A stretch of 58,510 nucleotides of DNA, the filler included, from Streblomastix strix (lineage: Eukaryota), in assembly GCA_008636045.1 (NCBI GenBank). It is 2 parts of 2 records of this genome, joined end to end, with 100 filler letters (N's around TTAATTAATTAA, not from the genome) between each part and the next. Parts side by side here need not be neighbours in the genome. Positions count along the whole stretch, not along the records: positions 29,332 to 58,510 come from SNRW01000106.1; 1 more part is not named here. One strand, 5' to 3'. Positions 38,030 through 49,137 of the stretch are shown piece by piece. Position 1 is the stretch's first letter. The number at the start of each line of letters is the position of its first letter. A model generated the notes under the pieces. It saw only the letters and a program-made list of their open reading frames with translations, did no database searches and was not told the DNA's origin. Made by a program: the position numbers and the translations under genes.

Positions 38030-39660
38030 CAATATATAAATACAACGTCTTACTCAGCGTCTTCGCAATGTTTAAGATGAAAACAGCAGATCTCAGATAT
38101 TGTCTGGTGAACAGTCTTTGTTTGATAAATAGAAGGTTAAGTATGAAGAATTATAAGCAAATTATCATTTAACTGTTGAATAGATGCAGAGAGATGTTGA
38201 AAACTTATAGAGACATCAAGATCAGGAAGTAAGGAACATGCTCTTGATATAAAAGAATTGGAAAAGAAGAATCAGAAAATAATTAAAGATGCGGAGAAGA
38301 AGAAATAATAAGAAACGGATGAATAGATTGAAGAAAATGAAAGATAATGTAAATAACATGAAGAATAGATATTAAAAGAAATGAAAGAATTAGAAAATAG
38401 ATTCAAATAAGTATAGACAATTAAATCTGAGATTAATTAAGAACGCGATAGAAGAGAAAGAGACATTTAGAATGTATTTGCATAGAAGATTGTTTAGATT
38501 AAAGAAATTGAGAAAGTGAATATACAACAGCTCATTCAGAACATTCAGAAAGTATTCAGAACTTATGATAAAGAACTGAGGAATCTGAATAATTAGTAGA
38601 AGAGATGAAGAATAAACTTGATGAAGATACCAAACGTGAACATGAAGCTAGTACTATATATCAACAATCATTATAACATGCAGTTGAGAGAACAAGATCA
38701 GATGCATTATAAGAAACTGTAGAACTGAACAGAAGACTTAATCATAGATAATCTGAATTGGAGCTACAATCAAAAAGAGAAAAAGAAGCATATCGTATTC
38801 GTGAAGATGCTCTTATAAAAGATACTAGCCAAAGAGAACAAGCTTTGAAAGAACAATCCAAAAGACTTAGAAAACAATATGAAGAGAAAGAAATATAGAA
38901 GGATAATGAAAGAAAAAGATGGAAGAGTTAGATCAATTCAGCCAGCGATGAAACAGAAGATGAAAAAAAAGAGGATTAAATAATAGAATAAAAGAGATAT
39001 AGAATAGATAAATGAAGAATCTGAGAGGAGACTATAGGAATTAGACAGGAAATGGTAGAGATAATTAACTGAAATGGTTGATGCATAGAATAAAGAGAGG
39101 GAATAATGGGAATAAGAGATAGATTAAAGGGAAAAAGAAGCTACTCAGAGATTTAATTCCTTTCTTAATGAGACTAAAAGAAGATAGGATAAAGAAGTGA
39201 ATGAATTATAATAAGCTTTAAGTAGTGCAATTGAAGAGGCTAAAAGGAGAGTGGAATAATTAGAAGCTGATATTCGTAGAGTTAAGAAAGAGAAAAAGAA
39301 TGAATTAGAGAAAGCTAAGAAAGATCGAGAATTTGAAAAAGATCATTGAAGATGAGAGATAGAAGTTCTTATAATAAGCACAGAATCGGGAGAATACGTT
39401 TAGATAGGCACTTGAGAATTTAGATCAGAAATATGCATAATTGTAAAGAGATCGTGAATCCATATATTAATTAGAGAAAGAACATGCAATTAAATAAGCA
39501 GATATAGAAAGATATATTCTAGCAGTATAGATTGAACAGAAAGAGGATGATATATCAAAATTAGAGATTAAATTGACTAGATAGATACAATATAATAAAG
39601 ATAGTTCAGAAAGAAGAGGAAGGGAAAATAATACAACAGATCTTGACAACGGAAAGTCTA
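38030..39660 (+). pseudogene. Decayed fragment of an E/K/Q/R-rich coiled-coil protein gene
   Basis: Coiled-coil-like reading must change frame near 38230, 38590, 39000 and 39380; TGAs near 39347-39355; no clear start. Confidence 0.7.
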
Positions 39661-40157
39661 AAGGAATATATTTTTTAAATATTGCCATTTTTTAATAATT
39701 ATTAATACGTATTATTACCTTAAAAGCAATAAATAAAATTAATTAAAAAGTCGATTATTTTTTCATTGGAATCAGATTTCGCTCCGCATGTCCAGTGAAT
39801 TTTTTAGTTTAATGTTTATTAAGTTTAATTAGACTTGAATAAATAATTTTAATTGCTTTAAATTACAACATATTTACATTCCGAGGAGTATTTCAACAAG
39901 CATTTTCTAATCTAAATTTTATTCTAATCGCAGCATTAAGTTATTGTATTACTAGATAATTACATACTTTAAATGATTAATTTTCAAAATTAAATTTTTG
40001 ATAAGTATTACAATTACTTTAGATGCATAAATGACGATTAATATTTTCTTCACAAACTTTATAATTCTGCTCTTAACTATTTTTTTTACAATATCTAACT
40101 ATTTACATTTTATTGATTGTTCATATATACATATTTTTATTTACTAAATATTGATAG

Positions 40158-43100
40158 ATGTTAGGTAATTAGAACAAAAAATAAAGATTAGAAGATCCAA
40201 TTTAGGAGTAAGTAAATATCTTGTGCAGCTCTGTATGAACTTTTATTTTATTGGAACTTCCTTATATTTGATTAACTGCATCGTTAGCTTGATTGTGACT
40301 AATCAGAAATGACACCATGCAAAGCAGTAGCTAATTTTTCTCCAACAAATGTATGTCATTATAAGTAATATTTATATTTTTCTTAATTTTTGAGTATTTT
40401 TGAAGGGAACAACCTATCTGCGAGTGGTAAAAGATGATGTACTAACTATAGACTCTTGGAGGTCAGATGATTATGCTATGTGTATAAACTCATCAGGAGA
40501 AAAAGGTCTCGTTCCCGGTATTTGTTTGCAGTTGGAGGATGCAAATATGAAGCATCCTTTCCTTGATGACGTTTATATGAAAGAAGTTAAACGTATAACC
40601 GTGGATAGCAAGAAATACATGCATTACAATCCTGTTGATAGACATGGAAAAAATTACGATTCAGGTCATTTAAGACATGATATCTAATGTCTGCAAACCA
40701 ATGAAAAGGCTGAAGTCTGTAATCGGAGGCCACATCGTCATTATAAGCCTGCTGAAATTGAATCTGAAAGTAAATAGATGGTAGATGAATTGTAGCATAA
40801 ATGTACATTTAGCAAACCTAAATTCCGTTCTCGGATATATAGTTAAATTATGTCTATTGAATTGTTGTTATTTCTGTTTTTAGAATTTATGTCTAAAGTG
40901 ATTCTATCGTTTACATCTGCTACATCTGACTGTTTCTATTCATTTGTTTATGGAGCTATGACTCTGGCTAGGTAGAACCCCACTGTCCCACTTGAAACTC
41001 TTTTTCCAAGATATTAAAGACAGAAAATTAGTGAGCTTATTAACGACAAAGGATAACAAATTCTTACAAACTTTTTAATGTCTTTAAAGAATTTCTATGT
41101 GTCTATACAAATAGATTCAGCCAAATTAGTTGATTAAAAGCTAACCATAGCAACCATATAGACCCCTTTCCTAAGTAGAAAGTCTATTGTAATCGATTAT
41201 TTTATTGGATCAGTAACATAAGATGCATTGGTAGCATTTGGAGTAAGAGTCTATAAAAGACTAAAATCATTTGGTATTAGAGTAATATCAGTTACTACTG
41301 ATACCTTAAGGCATCAAATTGCATCATTTGACCTGTAATCTGATAATTGTATTTATAAACTTATTAATGAAGGAATCATCCCTTATGGAGCATCTTGCAC
41401 CGCTCACGTTCTAAACTTATGTTATTGTGCAGATATATTAAAGGAAAAGCCTCTGTTCAATTTTAATAACAAAGTGTATGATATATTCAAAAAGTCGATT
41501 GGAAACAAGTGCAATGTAATTGTGAAACGATGGTTAGTAATCTTTGATATATTCATTTATCTACTAAAGAATGACTCAGATAAATTATAGAATATCAGTA
41601 AGTTAATCCTTATTTTTGGTCCTGCACGAGAAGCGAGTTTGCTGTTTGAGAGACTTGGTTCAACATATATTTGCGTATTCCCAATAATAGTTCAATTGAT
41701 TTTATATTATGATTGGTTGATGAAGAAATGGATCAAAGACATTAAGGAAGAATATTACTATGTACTGAGCGTGTTCTCAAATAATGTTTATAAACGTTTT
41801 ATTTATAATGATAAGATGCTGGAGCTATCCCTAATTTCATTTTCGTTAACAGTAAATGGAAGACGATGCTGTGCAATGGGAGAGTTCTTAAATGTTTCAA
41901 TGTTCAAGGAAGAGTTCAAACTGAAATCATTCCCGGATGAGTATCTTAATTCTTAATAAAATGAAGATCCACTTCCCATTATTAATTCAATTTCCAGTCA
42001 AATTTCACCTGATACTTAATAAGAATAGAAAATAAAATAAAGATTAGTTGATGATGGATAAAATATGAAACTAAATGAAGTAGCTGAATTAAATGAAAGT
42101 ATAAATAAAAATGAATAGATTAAAGAAAGTAATAACGAAAACCAAAAAGATTCTGCTGATGATGTATGTGATGACTAAATTGAGTCATAAAATTTAGGAG
42201 AAAGAAGTGAACTGGAACAATCATAGTATTCTGAAAGTTTAAGAGATAGAAAACAGTTGAATAAAAACAAAAAAGATTCTGAATATGTTTATGATTTCTT
42301 CTAAGATGATTATGAAGATAAATTAATAGAAGAATTAGATTAATCGCCAGAAAAGAGAAAATAAAGAAAATTAAATAAAAAATAAGAAAAAGAATAAGAT
42401 GACTACTAAGATTAGTCAGAAGATGAATCAGAAGATAAATCTGAAGAAATGGAAATTGAACAAAAAGAAAGAATTTAAAAGAAAGAAAAACCAAAAAAAC
42501 AAAGAAGTATTGTTCAAGAATAATAAAGAATCAAAGATAAAAACTACGAGCTTAGTTATGATCTACTTAAATAATTAAAATCAATTAATTTTCTCCATAT
42601 TATACTAAATGGATATGAGAAATATTATAATTTAATAAATAAAAATGAATAAACGACATATAACGATGATTCCACTCCCAATCCTTAATCATTAACTAAT
42701 GTATCATCAAAAACTTCAATTGAACAATAATCTTCTTCATCTTATTCATTGCAAACACCAACAAGAATTTTTCCCAATACTATACTTCTAGCTCCATTTT
42801 TTCCCAATTCAACCCTTCAAACATCAGTTACACCTTTATTACTTCCAAATATTCAAAATAATCTTAAATAAGAATCCTCTGTTGCACTTCATCTTTTAAG
42901 ATAACCTAAAATAACTGGACCAAAGTTATTCTTCAATCTTTGGAGAATGGGAGACGAAATTGCATATGACGATATGTTTGACAGCGGATATGATGAAGTG
43001 GAATACTTCAAAGTGCTATCACTTGATCCAGTATATAAAAACATTGGAGTATTTGCGCTTCACATGCTTGGATGTGCATGTACGGAAGCATCATGTGAGA

Positions 43101-43195
43101 GGGTCTTCGCAATACTAAGAAGAATTGTAAATTGTCATAGAAAGAGGCTGCTGATCAAAACAATCATTTCACTTTATATTTTTTTATCAAATTGA
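40158..43195 (+). CDS. hAT-superfamily transposase with N-terminal SH3-like domain, intact
   Basis: Inferred introns 40212-40287 and 40351-40405; then one open frame to TGA 43193-43195. hAT motifs SIQIDS (D), SVTTD (D), SCTAHVLNL (CxxH), KRW, CTEASCERVFAILRRI (E, dimerisation domain). SH3-like CKAVANFSPTNGTTYLRVVKDDVLTI...SGEKGLVPGICLQ. Confidence 0.88.
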
Positions 43196-43273
43196 ATAAT
43201 AAAATCTAAAATATCTTTCAATTTATGATATAAATTCTTTTCTTTTTTATTAACATTTATCTCATCTGTTTAT

Positions 43274-44975
43274 TCAGCTGAGCAACTTCTTGTAGTCCAT
43301 AATAATGTCATTGAAATTTGTCTGAAACACAGCACGAGCTTTTGCAATGAAGTCTTTTGGTATATCATTCGTTATTTGCATTGTGAAAGCATCTCTGATT
43401 TTATCCCTATCTTCAACTTGTACTCCTTCCTCAAGTGTGTGAACGATAGTCAAATAGAACTGGATGAAGAAATAGAGTTTATTTAGGATATATAATAATA
43501 ATATATAATAATAATATAGATCATTTCTAAGGAAGATGAAAGGCAATAATTCGTTTGTTGCTGAATATCGAAGTCTGTCATCACGTGTTTCAAATGTGAA
43601 GAGAATCTACATAAGCTCTTCAAATAAATATGCATACTAAGAAAAGAAAATATTAAGAAATGAAAAAAAAATGGATAATTAATAATAAACTAATAATAAT
43701 TATAATAATCAATACATCAGTCCTTAAGTATTGATAGTTTGCATTCCTTTAATTATCTTTTATTTCTATTATTACTAAGAAATAGAAAATAATCCAGCAT
43801 TTCCAGCTGATGATTATTCTTCAGATTATACCAACGATTGTATTTCAATTACTGAATGATGTTAAAGCTCCCAGTATTTTTTTCAAGAACATCAATCATC
43901 TATGGTGGAGTGATCACTTCCATTGCAACATCAACTACATGATGAAACACACCATGAGCAAATTATATTAATCCTTTACTTAGTTTAGGAAACATCTAAA
44001 GTTAGATATATTAAGAATAATAATACAACAAATAAGAATGTGAGATTAGTAAAATTTATTTCAGTTTTATTTTATCCATTTATTAATTAAATAATATTAT
44101 TTTTATAATTTGTATATATGCAAACCTGAAAGTCTCTATTATTTTTACTTACAAATAAGTGCAATGTAGCAGTAAGAGATGTTTATAATGAATCATCTTT
44201 ATAGAATGAACACTCGCCAAATGGGACATAATCGCCTTTAAATATAATAAGAATAAGAATAAAGATATATATAAGAATAAATATTTAAATATAAATTTAT
44301 TATTATAGTAATACAATTAGTGCATGCAACAAGAGTGTGTTCAATTGGTCTATTAATACGACTAGAACATAAATAAAAGAATTTAATCAATATTAAGAAA
44401 ATGAATGGAAAAGATAAAAATAATCTTTAAAAAAAATATGAATAATCTTCTTTTACTCAACTTTTATTATTTCTAAATATTCATACCTATAATGAGTCTC
44501 AACAATATCTTTCTTCAGTTTTTATTCAACTGATTATTCTGTCTAAGCTCTGGGATATTAAGAGAATGAGAATAAGAAAATGAATGATATATATAATATA
44601 TAAATATATAATGTTTCATATATATTATAATATATGAATATATATTATAGTATACCCATCATCCTTCATCATCTTCCTCTTCTTCTTATTATCTCCCTTC
44701 TCTCTTTCTCTTTATTATTCTTTCTCTCTTTCAATTTGTATTAACCCATAATTCCCTTCAATTAATTCTTATTAATTCTTAGACCTTCATTGCTCTAATG
44801 GTGTAATATATTGCTCTAGGATCCACAACTCCAAATTTGGAGTGTGCAGATGAGAAAGAAGATGATGGAAGTGATGCAGAAGGTGAAATAACTCCTGATC
44901 GAATATTATATACGTTTTCATCAAGAAATTCATCAAATTGTGATGAAATATTTTAAAACTCAATTCTCTTTAAAT
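43274..44975 (-). pseudogene. XPO7: 5'-truncated, frameshifted, intron-retaining fragment of an exportin-7/RanBP16-like gene (C-terminal part)
   Basis: Spliced translation gives DYVPFGECSFYKDDSLQTSL...DFQMFPKLSKGL and RYSATNELLPFIFL...KARAVFQTNF, resembling the exportin-7 YVNFGVFRLYGDD / YPKLS / WSMSRPLL / RDRFTQN region. Frameshifts near 44855 and 43860. Confidence 0.65.
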
Positions 44976-45542
44976 AAGTATAAAAAAATTAATAAAACAG
45001 TTTATTCAAATAAATTTTTAATAATAAATAACAAAATTTAATAAATATAATAAAATTTTACGAAATTGAAAGGAGAAAACAAGAAAATGAATAGAAAATG
45101 AAAAATTTCCATATGTACAGTCTCATCGAATTAATAACTTTAAAATGGGTTTACATATATTTCAACAAACAGATTTATATCTATTAATTAAAGAAATATC
45201 GTACTATTATATTTGAACAAAATTAATGGGAAACTCAAGAAAAAAATTAAAAAATATCTCACGGCTTAGGCACTATTGGAACTTATGGATCATGTAATAT
45301 TTTTTCTTTTATAATATATGTTTTAAAACGTTTATGGCTTTGTTCCGGCTTTTAAAGCCCGGGGATTTGGCTACGGAGAACATACTTAATAATAACTAAT
45401 AATTAACATTTACATTTTTTTAAAATATACAAGTTAACTAACAAATTTAAATAAATTAATTTATCAAATACGTTATTGTTGCTTTCAAATGTTAAGTTAA
45501 TTTTTTTTTTACATTTAATCATTAGAACGAATAAACCTTTCC

Positions 45543-47071
45543 ATGACAACAGTAATTGATAATATGTTTAAAGAGGAGGAGGCAAAATTGTCACTGTCTA
45601 ATAATATAGAAATTGATAAATATATTGAGATATTCCGCTAGTTAGCAAGTCAGGCTACGTCGCTTTAACATAGTAATGTTGAAAAAGCATTACGTTATGC
45701 ATACAGAAGTGTTCAGTATTTTCACTTTCATATAATTATCAATTTAATTATTTTCTTTAATTATTATTTAATATTTATACATGGTTTTAAGCGTTTACTT
45801 ACACATCATAAAACGTCATTATTGTTACAAAACTATTTAGACAAATATTAATAACCAATTGCATGAGGTTTATTTTTAATTATTTTTCTTTATATGTATA
45901 TTTTCTTATATATAGATTGCAAAATAAATGACAGGTTTAGTAGAACAACTTTCTTAGCATTTTAAAGAAATGGAGAATAAAATTGGAACAAATAAAACAA
46001 ATTCAATTTCTCCACCTTCACTATCATCATAAACTTCATCAGTATCTTCACAATCAGCATAAAAATAGTCATCTAATTATTTGCATTCTTCTTCTTCTCC
46101 TCATTCTCCATCTATTCTCCCTATACCTTAATCTCATTCTTCTTCTTCTCCTCATTCTCCATCTATTCTCCCTATACCTTAATCTCATTCTTCTTCTTCT
46201 CCTCATTCTCCATCTATTCTCCCTATACCTTAATCTCATTCTTCTACTTCTCCTCATTCTCCATCTATTCTCCCTATACCTTAATCTCATTCTTCTACTT
46301 CTCCTCATTCTCCATCTATTCTCCCTATACCTTAATCTCATTCTTCTTCTTCTCCATCATTATTTTCAGATTTATAACAAAATATAATACATGAAAAAGA
46401 TAATTAATAAAAAAATTAAGATTAAAACTTAAATATGAAAAGGTCCATATCTCCAATTTAAACTATTTCACCAAGTGCACCTCCAAAGGTATTAATTATT
46501 ATTTTTATTCGATTTTATTTAAAATTAATATATAGTTTGAGTTGATGACACTGGAAGAAGAAAAAGAAGCCGGTTATATCTGTCCAATTACTAAATAGGT
46601 ATTATTATAAATAATGCACACTAATAATACTGTTTTGTATTTATTATTATTAATCAGATAATGAAAGATCCAGTTCATGCACCAAAATATTTTGAAAAAG
46701 AAAGTTTATTTTCAACCTTAATCCTTTTTATTTTTATTAATTCATTCATTATTATATCACAGAGACATAAGAATATATAAACTGTGAAAGAGAGGCTTTT
46801 GTTAATCATGTTTTGTAATTTCAAAATAATCCATTTAGCTCCGATGGATTAGTTGACAATTTGAAATGTGATGAAAGTGATGAATAGATTAGTAATAGAA
46901 TCTTGGAACTTATCGAAAATTTAGGTTCAAACGATGAATTGAAGAATGAAATAGACGGTATTTTTAATTTTATATGACCAATTTTATTATTATAATAATT
47001 AATTTTATAATTTTATAGAATATCTTAATTTATTTCCTTAACGTCGGCCATAAATTAAGGAATCAAAATGA
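45543..47071 (+). CDS. Protein with N-terminal USP8/AMSH-type MIT-like domain, S/P-rich repeats and C-terminal U-box (putative E3 ligase); 7 exons
   Basis: U-box-like YICPITKQIMKDPVHA...CEREAFVNHV...NPF. N-terminus IDKYIEIFRQLASQATSLQHSNVEKALRYAYRSVHVYLHIIKRHYCY. Six GT-AG introns in phase; TGA 47069-47071. Confidence 0.75.
46084..46355 (+). repeat. Coding minisatellite, five copies plus a partial copy of 51 bp (HSSSSPHSPSILPIPQS)
   Basis: Units start at 46084, 46135, 46186, 46237, 46288; two carry TCT>ACT. Confidence 0.95.
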
Positions 47072-47231
47072 GGTTATTTTTCAATTGCATCATAGTTATT
47101 ATTTCAATTGAAATCAATTATTAAAAATAAAAAAAATATATTTTTTATTAAACTAATTTTAATTCTATACTGATTGCATTATATCATATTTAAGTATATA
47201 AACAGATTATAAGACAAAGAATCTTGTTGTT

Positions 47232-48305
47232 TCACTCTTTTGGTGATTTTTTTACTCGCTCGCCAAAAATCAAGCTTCCAATCCGTAAGTAATCAGCTCC
47301 TCTCTTTATCTAAGATATTAAGCAAAAAAAAACCATTTAAAAATAAAATAAATGATTCATACAGCTTCCTAATAAGAGTCTGACATTCCCATACTAAGAT
47401 TTATGTTTTTAGATCTAATTCTCGATCCTGGCATATCTTCAATTAAATCAATTTCAACTTATTTATCATTTTCTTCTTATTAGATTTATTCATCTTTGGA
47501 CTTACAAAACAATACTTTATCACGAGCTTCAACCTCAGGACATGAAAGAAGAATTTCTTTTAATCGAACAAGTTTCTTGATTAAAAAAATTAAATTATTA
47601 TAATCAAAATTTAATAATTAAGTATAGCATACATCAAAACATGAATAATCGCCTGGTTTTTCTACTGTCATTAAACCAATAAATTGTAGATTTCTACATT
47701 CATTTTACAAATACATAATCAGTTCAAGTATTTAACGAATATCAATATTGTCTTAGTTACCATCTTCTTAATTAGTGTTTATTTCTACACCACCAATCTT
47801 ACTCTCTTCTGGACTCGTCCTCACTTCTATTAAAACTTTAATAATTCGACGAGTTCCCTCACTTTCCAAACATTTCTAGATTTTTTCTGCTAACTTAATC
47901 GAATCAATTGTATGTATATACTGCAAATTTGGTACAGATAGTAATTACTTGATCTTATTAGATTAAAGATGTCCGATGAAATGCCAATCTATATCGATTG
48001 GTAACTAAATTATTAGAATAGGTAAAGAGAAAAATGATTTTTAGATATTAATAACATTGAAAATTTACCTCCTTTGACTTCTAGACAAGTTCTTGAACAT
48101 AATTTTCTCCAAAGTTGCGCTGCCCTGCATTGTAAGCAGCTATTATAAGTTCAACTCCTTTTGTTTTGGACACTGCAATAAGTTATGGCTATTAAATGTG
48201 TTTGTACAATTAACTGCAATCAGATATCGATTATAAAACGTCTTGCAAGTTTTATGTTATCATATCCTGAGTAATTGCAATAGTATCTGGTTTTATTGTG
48301 GTCAT
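47232..48305 (-). CDS. PLPBP: Pyridoxal phosphate homeostasis protein (YggS/PROSC/PLPBP family); 4 exons
   Basis: [27 protein letters not shown] (Q encoded by TAA), [20 protein letters not shown]; three GT-AG introns; TGA 47232-47234. Confidence 0.96.
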
Positions 48306-49137
48306 TTAATCAGTTTTATGAGTTATATGTCTGCTAAAATGAAAGTAAATTAAAATAATAAATAAATAATAAATAAATAAAATTTGATAAACGGCAGTAA
48401 AGTAAAGTAAATGAGTAAAAAAAAAATAAAAATAAAAAAATTGGTTAAATCCCTTTATATATGACACTGATTTTATCCAATTTTTATAGCACATTAGATA
48501 GATTTTGTTGAATACACCAACATTAATCAGCGTAATTTTCTTTGGGAGATCTGTATTAGTGGATAAGCGAGAAAAGGAAATTTGTGTATTATTACCTATA
48601 TTTTCATGGCATTATTTTGCTTAATTTTATTGCAATTTGTTCTATATAGCAATAAATTTATTATTAATATAAAATTTGAATAATATATTGATCTGTGGCT
48701 GTCAAAAAATTGTTTTTTGAGCAAAAAATAAATAAAAATACATTTCTTCATAGATAGGTTATATATTGTTAATAGTTCATTAAAAGTATTTTTTATTCAT
48801 AATAATTAATATATATACTAATTAATGCCAAATATGTTTCTAGATCAAAATATAATTTTATTGAGGCAATTGAAGGTTCTTTTTGAGATAATTAATACAG
48901 CACAATATATCAAAATTATTTAAAAAATATGCTTATTACTATTTTAAATTTTTTCTATTATCCAATTTTTTGATTAATAACCCACAGTTGTCATAAAATT
49001 AAAAAGAAGATTTTCTTAAAAATTTTAAAATAAATTTGCACAATATACAATAAATCAAACGATAATTACTACAAACGAATTATTTATATCAATTTCATGA
49101 TACTTTAAATTTATTTCATTAAAATTTTTAGGAATTT

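Larger units (their letters stand above)
37626..45388 (+). mobile_element. Putative composite hAT element bounded by imperfect terminal inverted repeats
   Basis: Left TAAGTATGTTTTCCCAGCCGAAA (37626) vs reverse complement of right end TAAGTATGTTCTCCGTAGCCAAA (45366-45388), 13 of the first 14 nt identical; clustered AGCC/GGCT subterminal motifs at both ends; encloses a hAT transposase. No matching 8-bp target-site duplication. Confidence 0.5.

Noticed and set aside
45983..46387. ORF-track Leu-rich and Arg-rich repetitive peptides; CRISPR-like appearance of the 51-bp repeat
   Set aside because: Off-frame and antisense readings of a coding minisatellite with no unique spacers.
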